From: an uncultured Trueperaceae bacterium
GTDB lineage: Bacteria > Deinococcota > Deinococci > Deinococcales > Trueperaceae
Reading direction: 5' to 3'
Length of the DNA: 64,000 nt
NCBI GenBank assembly: GCA_963815215.1
Contig: CAWFFU010000011.1
Location: forward strand, 1-64,000
A program made the translations under genes and the position numbers. Of this stretch, positions 38,899 through 50,258 are shown in pieces. The stretch's first letter is position 1; the number at the start of each line of letters is the position of its first letter. The notes below the pieces were generated by a model. The model saw only the letters and a list, made by a program, of their open reading frames with translations, was not told where the DNA came from and did no database searches.

Positions 38899-39853
38899 CG
38901 GCGGGAAGCTTGCTCACGCCCACGACGTTCGCCCCCGCGACTTTGACGAGCTGGTTGACGAGCGTCACGAGCCCATCGATCACGCCCTGGTTCCAGGCCG
39001 TTGGCAGGCCGGCCTCCCAACGCTTCCGCACCGACGGGAACAGCGACGGGTCGGGAAGACTGTACAGACCCTGGTCCAGGATCTTCTGCCACACGCCGTC
39101 CATGCTGTCGGCCGACATCCGTTGCTCGGTCTCCTTCATCGCCGCCAGGAAAGCGGTGACGGCCTTGGGATCTGCACCCTGCCGCGCGACGACCACCAGG
39201 ATCGGGAGGTCCGTCCGCATGCCGAGCTGGGCAAGCATGTCGGTGACGTTCATGATGTTGCGGTCCTGGCCCGAGCCCACCATCCGCGCCACGAAGTGCC
39301 AGTACGGGATGGCGGCATCGATCTTTCCGCTCGCCAGCAGCTGTGTCATCAGCGGCGGTGCAGCAGACAGGACCTTGCCGTCCACCTGCGGGTCGAAGCC
39401 GTACTTGCTGGTCGTGAGCGCACGCAGGATCAGAAGACTCTTGTCGCCCAGGCTGGACGCCGCGATCGTCTTGCCCTTCAGATCCGCGATGGACGTGATC
39501 GGGCTGTCCGCACGCACGACGACCCCGCCCGTGGCCTTGCTGTACGGATACACCGCCTGCACGGGAATCCCGTTGTTCCTGTCCTGGACCACGCCGATGA
39601 AGTCGTCAACGACGATGTCGGCGGCGCCTTCCTGTAGCGCAAGCCGTGAGGCCTGCTTGGTGGCGTACTTGGTCGATTGAACGTCTAGACCGTACTTGGC
39701 GTCGAGCCCGTAGTAATGCATCGCGTACACGACCCACGAGAACGTGCCGGCCGACTCCAACCCGACCTTGATAGGCATGGCCTGCTGCGCCGCGGCCGTT
39801 CCCGATCCCACGGTCGCGATGACGACGAACCAAGCGAGCACCCACTTGCGCAT
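38870..39853 (-). CDS. NitT/TauT-type SBP associated with PQQ clusters (LutA-like)
   Basis: GTFSW, GLD, SPITSIADLKGK, GDKS, APPL, DAAIPYWHFVARM; signal peptide. Confidence 0.8.
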   Translation of the reverse strand: MRKWVLAWFVVIATVGSGTAAAQQAMPIKVGLESAGTFSWVVYAMHYYGLDAKYGLDVQSTKYATKQASRLALQEGAADIVVDDFIGVVQDRNNGIPVQAVYPYSKATGGVVVRADSPITSIADLKGKTIAASSLGDKSLLILRALTTSKYGFDPQVDGKVLSAAPPLMTQLLASGKIDAAIPYWHFVARMVGSGQDRNIMNVTDMLAQLGMRTDLPILVVVARQGADPKAVTAFLAAMKETEQRMSADSMDGVWQKILDQGLYSLPDPSLFPSVRKRWEAGLPTAWNQGVIDGLVTLVNQLVKVAGANVVGVSKLPADAFTTKYAP

Positions 39854-40084
39854 GACAACCCTCTCCCTTCACATCGGTGATGCAGCCAACGGATTGCCCG
39901 AAGAGTCTCGACTCGAAGGTGCCAACCAACAGCACAGGCTCGCGTCCGCGTACCTACACGCGCTCCGACCTCCGGCGCAGCTGCAGATCCAACAAGGCCT
40001 CGACGATAGCAGCATCCGTACCGGCAGGGGCCAACAAGTACTACGTGCCGACTCGACCGGGCGAGGAACCGGTCTTCCACCAAG

Positions 40085-40117
40085 AGGCGCGCGTCCGGAG
40101 GATCCGGGCGCGCGCCT
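40085..40117. terminator. Hairpin after the cytochrome c gene
   Basis: AGGCGCGCGTCCGGA...TCCGGGCGCGCGCCT. Confidence 0.45.
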
Positions 40118-40135
40118 GGGCTGCCTGTTGCTCTC

Positions 40136-40639
40136 TCAGAGACCGAGCTTCTGACGTTCGTCGTGCGTCTGCTGTGGCGTCAGATCGGCGCTGCCGTGGG
40201 CCGCCTTGACCTCATCGAGCGTGAAAGGCTTCCAATCCTTGGGAAGCTGCGCGTCGTTGCCCCACGCCGTGCTGACGTAGTTGAGTACGTCCGTGATCTC
40301 CTGGTCCGACAGGATCTTGCCCCAGGTCGGCATCTGGCCGTTGTAGGTCTGCCCGCCCACCGTGATCTCGCCGGTGGTCCCGAAGATCACGACGTGCTCC
40401 AGTGAGGTGCGGCCCGCATCGCCCTTCTGGAAGTAGGCCGGGACGGTACCCGCCAGCGGCGGGAAGGCGCCGGGGACGCCTGCGCCGGTGGCCTGATGGC
40501 ACGCGACGCAGCTACTCGTATACACCGCCTCGCCGGCGGACGTGTCCAGGCCCTTCGACTGGGCCGAAACGCCGACCTGCCACAGAGCTGCGACCCCCAA
40601 CACCGTCACCACGCCGACCATCCAACGGACCTGTTTCAC
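40136..40639 (-). CDS. Soluble periplasmic cytochrome c (c552-like)
   Basis: Signal peptide; CVACHQATGAGVPGAFPPLAG, YNGQMP, YVSTAWGN. Confidence 0.9.
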   Translation of the reverse strand: MKQVRWMVGVVTVLGVAALWQVGVSAQSKGLDTSAGEAVYTSSCVACHQATGAGVPGAFPPLAGTVPAYFQKGDAGRTSLEHVVIFGTTGEITVGGQTYNGQMPTWGKILSDQEITDVLNYVSTAWGNDAQLPKDWKPFTLDEVKAAHGSADLTPQQTHDERQKLGL

Positions 40640-40693
40640 GTACGCCTCCCAGGCGGGATGTCACCCGCATGAAGCTGCCTGCACATCCCGCAT

Positions 40694-40833
40694 AATGTAG
40701 CCCTGGTCCGTGCGAAGCGTCAAGCACCGTCACGACGCGAAGGCGCGCGCCGCAGCAGGCGCTCGCACGATCCGAGCGCGCTAGAGCCAAACGTCCCGAA
40801 CCCTATAGACAATCGTGAACGTAGTGTTAGACT
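40694..40833. promoter_or_regulatory. Divergent promoters (cytochrome c / cox-bc operon)
   Basis: Minus: TTGACG (40718-40723), 18 bp, TACATT (40694-40699). Plus: TAGACA (40806), 16 bp, TGt-TAGACT (40828-40833). Confidence 0.45.
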
Positions 40834-41066
40834 CACCCAAGTCCGGCCGACCACGTTACGGCTGACGATCCGGTTCGCGGCCAGAGCGTCGAGCCGAAGT
40901 CGCGAAGGGTGTCTACTGGCCCGTCATCAAGGGTCCCGCGATGTCACGTCACGGGCAGACTGGCCTCCTCGACCGACCGCACGTCACCGTCCGTGGGAGT
41001 CGTACGTCAATCCAAGATCAGGGTGGTGATGGAGCGTCCCGTACCACCCGCGTGGAGTGAGGGTGC

Positions 41067-42020
41067 GTGGATAGTCTCTACTCGAAGGCCAACTCTGTAC
41101 TAAGCCCGGCATCGCCCTACGCGCACAACATCGCGCACCTGTTCTGGGTCACGTTCTGGATCTCTGTCGTGGTCCTGGTCTTCGTGAGCGCGTTCGTCAT
41201 CTTCAATATCGTGCGCTACCGCGACCGAAACCAGGGCGGGTTACCTCCACAGATCCACGGCAACACCGCCGTGGAGGTCACGTGGACGGTGGTGCCGTTC
41301 GTCATCCTGGCGGTGCTGTTCATCATGACGGTGCAGAGCATGGAGGCGGTCTCGCCACCCAAACATCCCAAGACCCCTCCGATCAAGGTCGACGTCATCG
41401 CCCACCAATGGTGGTGGGAGTTCCGTTACCCCGACAACAAGGTCGTCACGGCCAATGAGCTGCACATCCCGACGGGCCAGTCGATCGAGCTCACGCTGAC
41501 CTCGGACGACGTCATCCACGACTTCTGGGTCCCCGAGCTCGGCCGGAAGATGGACGCCGTTCCGGCGCACCCGAACAAGCTGGTCATCCAAGCCGACAGG
41601 CCCGGCGTCTTCCTTGGCACCTGTGCCGAGTACTGCGGGGCGGAGCACGCCTGGATGCGGATCCGCGTGTACGCTCAGAAGCCATCGGACTTCCAGACCT
41701 GGCTGGCCGGGCAGGCCAAGCCGCACCCGGCTCCGACGAAGATCCAGCAGATCGTCGGGATGGGCTTCTTCACGTCGGCCTGTTCGAGCTGCCACAACAT
41801 CACCGGCAGCGGAACGCCGGGCGCTCAGGATGTCGGGCCGGACCTGACGCATCTGGCCGACCGCGAAACGCTGGCGGCCGGCGTCCTTCCCAACACTCCC
41901 AAGGATCTGCGCAAGTGGCTCGAGGACCCGCAGGCCATCAAGCCCGGCGTCCACATGCCGAACCTTCACCTGACGTCCCAGCAACTCGACGGACTGGTGG
42001 CCTACCTGGAGGAGAAGTAG
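41067..42020 (+). CDS. coxB: Cytochrome c oxidase subunit II with fused cytochrome c (caa3 type)
   Basis: EVTWT, HQWWWEF, DVIHDFW, CuA CAEYCGAEHAWM, heme c CSSCH...MP. Confidence 0.95.
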   Translation: MDSLYSKANSVLSPASPYAHNIAHLFWVTFWISVVVLVFVSAFVIFNIVRYRDRNQGGLPPQIHGNTAVEVTWTVVPFVILAVLFIMTVQSMEAVSPPKHPKTPPIKVDVIAHQWWWEFRYPDNKVVTANELHIPTGQSIELTLTSDDVIHDFWVPELGRKMDAVPAHPNKLVIQADRPGVFLGTCAEYCGAEHAWMRIRVYAQKPSDFQTWLAGQAKPHPAPTKIQQIVGMGFFTSACSSCHNITGSGTPGAQDVGPDLTHLADRETLAAGVLPNTPKDLRKWLEDPQAIKPGVHMPNLHLTSQQLDGLVAYLEEK

Positions 42021-43714
42021 TGACACAGAAGTCGGCTGCAGCGACACCGGAACACGTCGCTCCTCAGGAGCTGCCGTTCCCACCGTTGAATCGTGGATGG
42101 GGATGGCTGGCGTGGTTCTCCACGACCGATCACAAGAAGATCGGCATCTTGTACATCGTCACGTCGCTGTTCTTCTTCGGTGTCGGGGGCATCGAAGCCC
42201 TGCTGATCCGCATTCAGCTGGCGGCCCCCAACGCCAGGGTGCTGACCCCCGCGGAATACAACGCGATCTTCACCATGCACGGAACCACGATGATCTTCCT
42301 CGTGGTCATGCCGATCCTGATCGGTCTGGCGAACTTCCTCGTGCCGCTCATGGTAGGCGCGCGCGACGTCGCCTTCCCGAGACTGAACGCTCTCGGGTAC
42401 TGGGTCTTCTTGCTCGGTGGCGTCGTGATCTACCTGGCGCTCTTCACCGGGAGCCTGGCCAATGCCGGCTGGTTCAGCTACGCGCCACTGAGTGAGTATG
42501 CCTTCAGCTCACGGCCCGGCATGGACTACTGGATCGTAGGCTTGATCGAGACCGGCGTCGGCACGATCGGTGCGGCAGTGAACCTGATCGTGACCACGGT
42601 TCGCTACCGCGCCCCGGGCATGACGTGGCGTCGGATGCCGCTGTTCGTGTGGATGATGTTCATCACCAGCCTGTTGATCCTGTTCGCGCTCACGCCCCTG
42701 AACGCGGGCCTCATCATGCTGCTCGGCGACCGTATCCTTCACATGCACTTCTTCCGCGCGAATGCCAGCGGCGGCTCGGCGATCCTGTGGCAGCACATCT
42801 TCTGGTTCTTCGGGCATCCCGAGGTCTACATCATGGCGTTGCCGGCCTTCGGGATCATCTCCGAGGTCATCCCCGTCTTCTCGCGGAAGCCGATCTTCGG
42901 GTACAACTTCGTCGCCGGCTCCGGGGTCGCCATCGGTCTGCTGAGCTTCGCGGTCTGGGTCCACCACATGTTCGCGGTGGGGCTGGGAGTTCCCCTGAAC
43001 GCAGCGTTCAGCGGTGCGAGCATGCTCATCGCGGTACCCACCGGCGTCAAGATCTTCAACTGGAGCACCACCATGTTCCAGGGGCATATCCGCCTCAAGA
43101 CGCCGCTGCTGTTCGCGGCCGCGTTCATCATCCAGTTCGTGATCGGCGGCATCACGGGCATCATGTTCGCGGTGGTACCCATCGACTGGCAGCTCACGGA
43201 CAGCTACTTCGTGGTGGCTCACTTCCATTACGTGCTCTTCGGTGGCACCATGTTCGCGCTGTGGGCAGGCGTGTACTACTGGTTCCCGAAGTTCACGGGA
43301 CGACTGCTCCACGAGCGGCTCGGCAAGTGGCACTTCTGGCTGGCGGTGGTCGGCTTCAACATGACCTTCTTCGTCCAGCACATCCTGGGCCTGATCGGCA
43401 TGGCCCGCAGGACCTACACCTATCCGAACCTGCCGGGCTACTTCGCCCTCAACCTCATCTCGACCATCGGTGCGTTCATCCTGGCTGTGTCCGTGGTGCT
43501 GTTCCTGTGGAATCTGGTGTGGAGCTTCCGCAAGGGTGAGATCGCAGGGGACAACCCGTGGGACGCCTGGACGCTGGAATGGGCAACCACTTCGCCACCG
43601 CCGGAGCACAATTTCGTGCGCCTGCCTCCCGTGAACAGTGCCAGGCCGCTCTTCGACCTTGCCCATCCGGAGATGGCCGACGGCATCTCGAAGCGAACGG
43701 AGGGCCACGCATGA
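42020..43714 (+). CDS. ctaD: Cytochrome c oxidase subunit I, type A1
   Basis: TDHKKIG, MHGTTM, DVAFPRLN, GHPEVY, WVHHMF, PTGVK, AHFHY. Confidence 0.97.
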   Translation: MTQKSAAATPEHVAPQELPFPPLNRGWGWLAWFSTTDHKKIGILYIVTSLFFFGVGGIEALLIRIQLAAPNARVLTPAEYNAIFTMHGTTMIFLVVMPILIGLANFLVPLMVGARDVAFPRLNALGYWVFLLGGVVIYLALFTGSLANAGWFSYAPLSEYAFSSRPGMDYWIVGLIETGVGTIGAAVNLIVTTVRYRAPGMTWRRMPLFVWMMFITSLLILFALTPLNAGLIMLLGDRILHMHFFRANASGGSAILWQHIFWFFGHPEVYIMALPAFGIISEVIPVFSRKPIFGYNFVAGSGVAIGLLSFAVWVHHMFAVGLGVPLNAAFSGASMLIAVPTGVKIFNWSTTMFQGHIRLKTPLLFAAAFIIQFVIGGITGIMFAVVPIDWQLTDSYFVVAHFHYVLFGGTMFALWAGVYYWFPKFTGRLLHERLGKWHFWLAVVGFNMTFFVQHILGLIGMARRTYTYPNLPGYFALNLISTIGAFILAVSVVLFLWNLVWSFRKGEIAGDNPWDAWTLEWATTSPPPEHNFVRLPPVNSARPLFDLAHPEMADGISKRTEGHA

Positions 43715-44283
43715 CGCGAGCTGGCGCAAGCGGCACGACCATGAATCGCCACAAGATCGGGATGCTGTTCTTCATCGGCTCCGAGATCTTCTTCTTCCTG
43801 ACGTTGCTGTCGAGCTACGCCTACCTGAGCGGGGCCTTCGGTGACCTGCCCAGGACGGTCCTCGCCGTCCCACGCACCTTCGTGTTCAGCCTGTTCCTGT
43901 TCTCGAGCAGCCTGACGATCTGGATGGCGGAGCGCGCCTTCCATCGCCGTCGCTTCGGGGCGTTCCGCGGCTGGATGGTGCTCACGATCCTGCTGGGACT
44001 GACCTTCCTGGTGGGCCAGGCCATCGAGTACACGGAGCTGATACGCACCGGCGTGACGCTCAACTACGATGTTTTCGGCTCGGCGTTCTTCACACTCACA
44101 GGCTTCCACGGCCTGCACGTCCTCACGGGACTGATCATGCTCAGCTCGCTGACAGGTCTGAGTTTCGCCGGCAAGCTGGGGCCCGAGAACGAATCCGCAT
44201 TGGCTTCCATCGCGTACTACTGGCACTTCGTTGATGCCGTGTGGGTAGCGGTCTTCAGCGTCGTCTACCTGATCTTCGTGTGA
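43711..44283 (+). CDS. ctaE: Cytochrome c oxidase subunit III
   Basis: FIGSEIFFF, GQAIEY, TGFHGLHV, YWHFVDAVW. Confidence 0.93.
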   Translation: MTRAGASGTTMNRHKIGMLFFIGSEIFFFLTLLSSYAYLSGAFGDLPRTVLAVPRTFVFSLFLFSSSLTIWMAERAFHRRRFGAFRGWMVLTILLGLTFLVGQAIEYTELIRTGVTLNYDVFGSAFFTLTGFHGLHVLTGLIMLSSLTGLSFAGKLGPENESALASIAYYWHFVDAVWVAVFSVVYLIFV

Positions 44284-44285
44284 TC

Positions 44286-45275
44286 ATGACGACCGGACGC
44301 CTTCTCGCCATCGCTTGGAGTCCCGATCCTTCGGTCATCGGAGGGACGGCGGCACTGGTGGTGGCGTACGCTCTATGGCTCCGCACTCGGCCCGGCCTGC
44401 GCTCGCTGTTGTTCCTCGCTGGCATCGTGGTGCTGCTCGGCGCCCTCGTGTCGCCGATCGACCGCATCGGAGAGCTCTATCTGTTCAGTGTGCACATGGT
44501 CCAGCACATGCTGTTGCTGCTGGTGGTGCCTCCCCTGTTGATCTGGGGGTTGCCGCCCCGCGCCACGCGCGACCTCCTGAAGTCACCGCTGCTCAGCAGG
44601 GTCGAGAGCGCCCTTGGCCGACCCGCCGTGGCCCTGCCCGTCATGGTCGTCACCTTGTGGGCGTGGCACATCCCCTCGCTCTACCAGGCCGCCCTTCTCA
44701 ACGACGGCATCCACGCCCTCGAACACCTGCTCTTCCTGGTCACGGCAACGATGTTCTGGTGGCCCGTGCTGACACCGGTGAAGGACCGCCGACTGTCACC
44801 GCCCCACGCCATGATGTACCTGTTCGGCGCCATGGCCTCGATCTCGATCCTGGGCATCATCCTCACCTTCGCACCGGCACCGCTGTACCACTTCTACGTG
44901 CGGCCCCCCGACCCCTATCGGGCGCTGGCCCTCATTCGCAACGACTGGGGCGTCTCGGTGCTGGGCGATCAGCAGATCGGTGGCGTGCTGATGTGGATCG
45001 TGGGAGGCATCTTCTACATCCTGGCGATCCTCACGGAGTTCGGTCTGTGGTTCAGTGGGCCGGACGTCGACGCTCCGTCGGCGACGCAGGGCTCGGGGCC
45101 GCCAACGATCGCGGAGCCGACCCCGGTCGCGGCAGCGAGATCCGACGCGGGTGCCGCCGGCGTACGCGACCCGACGACCGGCGCCACGCTTCCCCACGCA
45201 TCATCGCTACAGACACCGCGCGCGTCGCGGCCACATCGATGGACTTTGATCAACGCATTGGAAGGAGCAGGATGA
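44286..45275 (+). CDS. ctaG: caa3-type oxidase assembly factor
   Basis: LFSVHMVQHMLL, WAWHIP, HALEHLLF, DQQIGGVLMW. Confidence 0.88.
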   Translation: MTTGRLLAIAWSPDPSVIGGTAALVVAYALWLRTRPGLRSLLFLAGIVVLLGALVSPIDRIGELYLFSVHMVQHMLLLLVVPPLLIWGLPPRATRDLLKSPLLSRVESALGRPAVALPVMVVTLWAWHIPSLYQAALLNDGIHALEHLLFLVTATMFWWPVLTPVKDRRLSPPHAMMYLFGAMASISILGIILTFAPAPLYHFYVRPPDPYRALALIRNDWGVSVLGDQQIGGVLMWIVGGIFYILAILTEFGLWFSGPDVDAPSATQGSGPPTIAEPTPVAAARSDAGAAGVRDPTTGATLPHASSLQTPRASRPHRWTLINALEGAG

Positions 45276-45496
45276 CCGACAACGAACACACCGAATGGCA
45301 GCAGCCGCGCGAAATGCTGATCCCGCGCCCTACGGCGTGGCCACTGCTCACGGCCTTCGGAATCACCTTCATCCTGCTAGGCCTTGTCACGGTGTGGCTC
45401 GTGGCCGTGGCTGGGATCATCATGTTCGTGACCTCGATCGTTGGATGGATGGGAGAGATGCTTCGTGACGGACAATCCCACGAATCCCACGGCTGA
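45272..45496 (+). CDS. Cytochrome c oxidase subunit IV-like small protein
   Basis: IPRPTAWPLLTAFG...IVGWMGE, 2 TM; GGAG RBS; ATGA coupling. Confidence 0.7.
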   Translation: MTDNEHTEWQQPREMLIPRPTAWPLLTAFGITFILLGLVTVWLVAVAGIIMFVTSIVGWMGEMLRDGQSHESHG

Positions 45497-46013
45497 GACC
45501 GGTGCCGCGGGCGATGATACGGGTCGCCGCAAGTTCTTGAGCCGCTTGAGCATCGGTCTGGGCTCCCTCGCCGCGCTCATCGTCGGGCTGCCCACGGTGC
45601 TGGACGTTCTGAAGCCGATGGTCGCGAAGGAACCGCGGGTGTGGCGCAAGGTTGGCGCCGTCGACTCGTTCAAGGTGGGCCAGACCGTCGAGGTGAGCTT
45701 CGAGAATGCCGGGACCAACGCCTGGGCCGGGAAGGCGGGGGCGACGGCCGCCTATCTTCGCAGGGACGGCACCAACAGCTTCACCGCCTTCACAGTCAAC
45801 TGCTCCCATCTCGGTTGTCCGGTCCGCTGGGAACAGAAAGCCAACATGTACCTGTGCCCGTGCCACGGCGGCGTGTATTACGCCAACGGCGACGTAGCGG
45901 CAGGTCCTCCGCCGCGACCCCTTGCGCGCTATCCCGTCCGCGTGACGCAAGGCGACGTAGAGATCCTGACCACGCCTCTGCCGATCGACGGCAGGGTGCC
46001 GCACTCGAGTTGA
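45465..46013 (+). CDS. Rieske 2Fe-2S subunit of the quinol:cytochrome c reductase
   Basis: Tat-like RRKFL plus TM; CSHLGC and CPCHGG. Confidence 0.93.
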   Translation: MTDNPTNPTAETGAAGDDTGRRKFLSRLSIGLGSLAALIVGLPTVLDVLKPMVAKEPRVWRKVGAVDSFKVGQTVEVSFENAGTNAWAGKAGATAAYLRRDGTNSFTAFTVNCSHLGCPVRWEQKANMYLCPCHGGVYYANGDVAAGPPPRPLARYPVRVTQGDVEILTTPLPIDGRVPHSS

Positions 46014-46014
46014 G

Positions 46015-47433
46015 GTGCTGTCCATGATGCGTCGCATCGGAAACTGGCTCGAGGAGCGCACGGGGATGGCCGAGTTGATCCGGCCCGTGATGTCCCACCT
46101 CGTTCCTCGCGGCTCGGCGTGGCTCTACGTGTTCGGCAGCGCCACCCTGTTCGCCTTCATCCTCCAGGTCGTCACGGGCATCGCCCTCAGCTTCACCTAC
46201 GTTCCGTCGACCAGCCAGGCCTACCAGAGCCTGAAGTTCATCACCGACAACTCGGCCCTCGATCACTTCTTGCGGTCGGTGCACTACTTCGGGGCGTCCG
46301 CGATGGTGTTGATGGTCGGTCTCCACATGTTGCGCACCTTCCTCTTCGCGTCGTACAAGTACCCGCGCGAAGCGAGCTGGATGAGCGGTACGGTCCTACT
46401 GTTCCTCACGGTCTCGATGGGTTTCACCGGTCAGATCCTGCGCTGGGACCAGACGGCCATCTGGTCTGTCGTGGTCGGCGCACAGCAGGCCGGGTACGTG
46501 CCGCTGATCGGGCCCGCGATAGCACGCTTCCTGCTCGCGGGTGAAACACTGGGAGGCGCGACTCTCGGGCAATTCTTCGCTCTGCACGTGTTCGTCTTCC
46601 CGATCCTGATCGTGGCGCTGCTGGCTCCCCACCTGTGGATGGTGATCCGCAACGGCATCTCGGAGCCTCCCAAGCAGGGGCGCCCGGTGGATCCCAAGAC
46701 CTACGTCGCCGAGTACCATGCGTTGCTCGAGCGTGACGGCGTCCCGTTCTGGCCCGATGCAGCCTGGCGCGACGTGGTCTTCGCCGTGGTCATGATCGTC
46801 GCCATCGTCGGTCTCGCGATCACCATGGGACCGCCGCATCTGGCCGCCGCGCCCGATCCCACGAACCTCGTCGCGGCGCCGAAACCCGACTGGTACCTGC
46901 TCTGGTACTTCGGGGTCCTGGCTCTCATCCCGCACCTGTTGACCCCGTACGTGATCATCGGCGGGCCGCTCATCGTGTTCGCCGTCCTGTTCTTCTTCCC
47001 CCTCTTCGCGAGGCAGGGCGAGCGCCACATCGTCCGGCGCCCCTGGGCGATCGGCGTGGCAAGCATCGTGATCGTGGCCATCGCATCGTTCTGGTGGCTG
47101 GCGACCTGGGAACCGTGGTCGCCACGCTACAACGCTCCGCCGTTGCCGGCCCAGGTGGTGGGGACGGTCAGCGCTTCAGCGCAGACGGGTGCCCAGCTCT
47201 TCCATGATCGGGGCTGCGAGGACTGCCACCGGATCGGCAAGTACGGCGGCTTCCGCGGACCGAACCTGACCTACGTCGGTAATCGTCTCACGGGCGTGGA
47301 ACTGACGTGGCGCATCGCCAACGGCGGCTACAACATGCCGGCGTTCGGCGGCATGTTGTCGAGCCAGCAGCTCAACGATCTGGTCGCGTTCCTGGAGACG
47401 CGCAAGCCCAGCCTGAACACCGAATCGAAGTAG
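46015..47433 (+). CDS. Cytochrome b fused to C-terminal cytochrome c
   Basis: Heme b His in RSVHY..GLHML and ALHV..PHLW; Qo motif PDWY; CEDCH...MPAF. Confidence 0.93.
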   Translation: MLSMMRRIGNWLEERTGMAELIRPVMSHLVPRGSAWLYVFGSATLFAFILQVVTGIALSFTYVPSTSQAYQSLKFITDNSALDHFLRSVHYFGASAMVLMVGLHMLRTFLFASYKYPREASWMSGTVLLFLTVSMGFTGQILRWDQTAIWSVVVGAQQAGYVPLIGPAIARFLLAGETLGGATLGQFFALHVFVFPILIVALLAPHLWMVIRNGISEPPKQGRPVDPKTYVAEYHALLERDGVPFWPDAAWRDVVFAVVMIVAIVGLAITMGPPHLAAAPDPTNLVAAPKPDWYLLWYFGVLALIPHLLTPYVIIGGPLIVFAVLFFFPLFARQGERHIVRRPWAIGVASIVIVAIASFWWLATWEPWSPRYNAPPLPAQVVGTVSASAQTGAQLFHDRGCEDCHRIGKYGGFRGPNLTYVGNRLTGVELTWRIANGGYNMPAFGGMLSSQQLNDLVAFLETRKPSLNTESK

Positions 47434-47447
47434 CCGGCAGGCGACCT

Positions 47448-47490
47448 AGACGAGGCGCGCGGTGTCCTCTGGACACCGCGCGCCTCGTCT
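47448..47490. terminator. 20-bp perfect hairpin between convergent genes
   Basis: AGACGAGGCGCGCGGTGTCC-TCT-GGACACCGCGCGCCTCGTCT followed by TGTT. Confidence 0.7.
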
Positions 47491-47532
47491 TGTTGCACCC
47501 TCGGTCGACCGCCGGCGGACCGGCGCCCGCCA

Positions 47533-49602
<2,070 letters not shown>

Positions 49603-49736
49603 CTATATGCCATGAGCCCGACGCCTCCAACAGCGCGGACGCGGGACCGAGCCGTTCACGTTCGCCTAACCCGGTACGGGTAGCCTCGACAGCGGACGCG
49701 CGTCCGCTCCAGCGCGTCTGTCACGAGAGGAGCCGC

Positions 49737-50180
49737 ATGAACCGTCGTACCCTGTTGTGGGGTCTGATCGCCGTCGTGGCGTTCACCGTCCTGATCCAAT
49801 TCGTGCCCTTCCCGGGCCTCGGAAGCAACCCGCCCGTGGTCGCCGAGCCCGCCTGGAACAGCCCCACCACGCGCACCCTGGCCGTGCGCGCGTGCTACGA
49901 CTGCCACAGCAACCGGACTCACTGGCCGTGGTACAGCAAGGTCGCCCCCATCTCCTGGGTGGTCGCCCACCACGTCAACGAGGGCCGGGCCGCGCTCGAT
50001 TTCTCCGATCCAGCGGCCGCCCGGGTGAGCGCCGACCGCGCTGCCCGCGCTGTTGCCGACGGCGTCATGCCGCCCTTCTACTACACCTGGATGCATCCCG
50101 GGGCGGTCCTCAGCCCCGCCGAACGGCAGTCGCTGGCAGCGGGCCTGCGCGTCAGCCTGGCCCGGACCGCCGGCCATTGA
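49737..50180 (+). CDS. Haem-binding-domain (Haem_bd) cytochrome c
   Basis: IQFVP..NPPV, RACYDCHSN.T.WPWYSKVAPISW, GRAALDFS, MPP.YYTWMH. Confidence 0.88.
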   Translation: MNRRTLLWGLIAVVAFTVLIQFVPFPGLGSNPPVVAEPAWNSPTTRTLAVRACYDCHSNRTHWPWYSKVAPISWVVAHHVNEGRAALDFSDPAAARVSADRAARAVADGVMPPFYYTWMHPGAVLSPAERQSLAAGLRVSLARTAGH

Positions 50181-50258
50181 CCGTCCGTTCCGGCGCGTCG
50201 AGGTCGATTGTCCACTGCGCGCCTGGCTCCCATCCGCTACCCTGGTGGCGGTGGAGAC

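Noticed and set aside
40834..41066. Riboswitch in the long cox leader
   Set aside because: No known aptamer consensus or convincing expression platform recognised.
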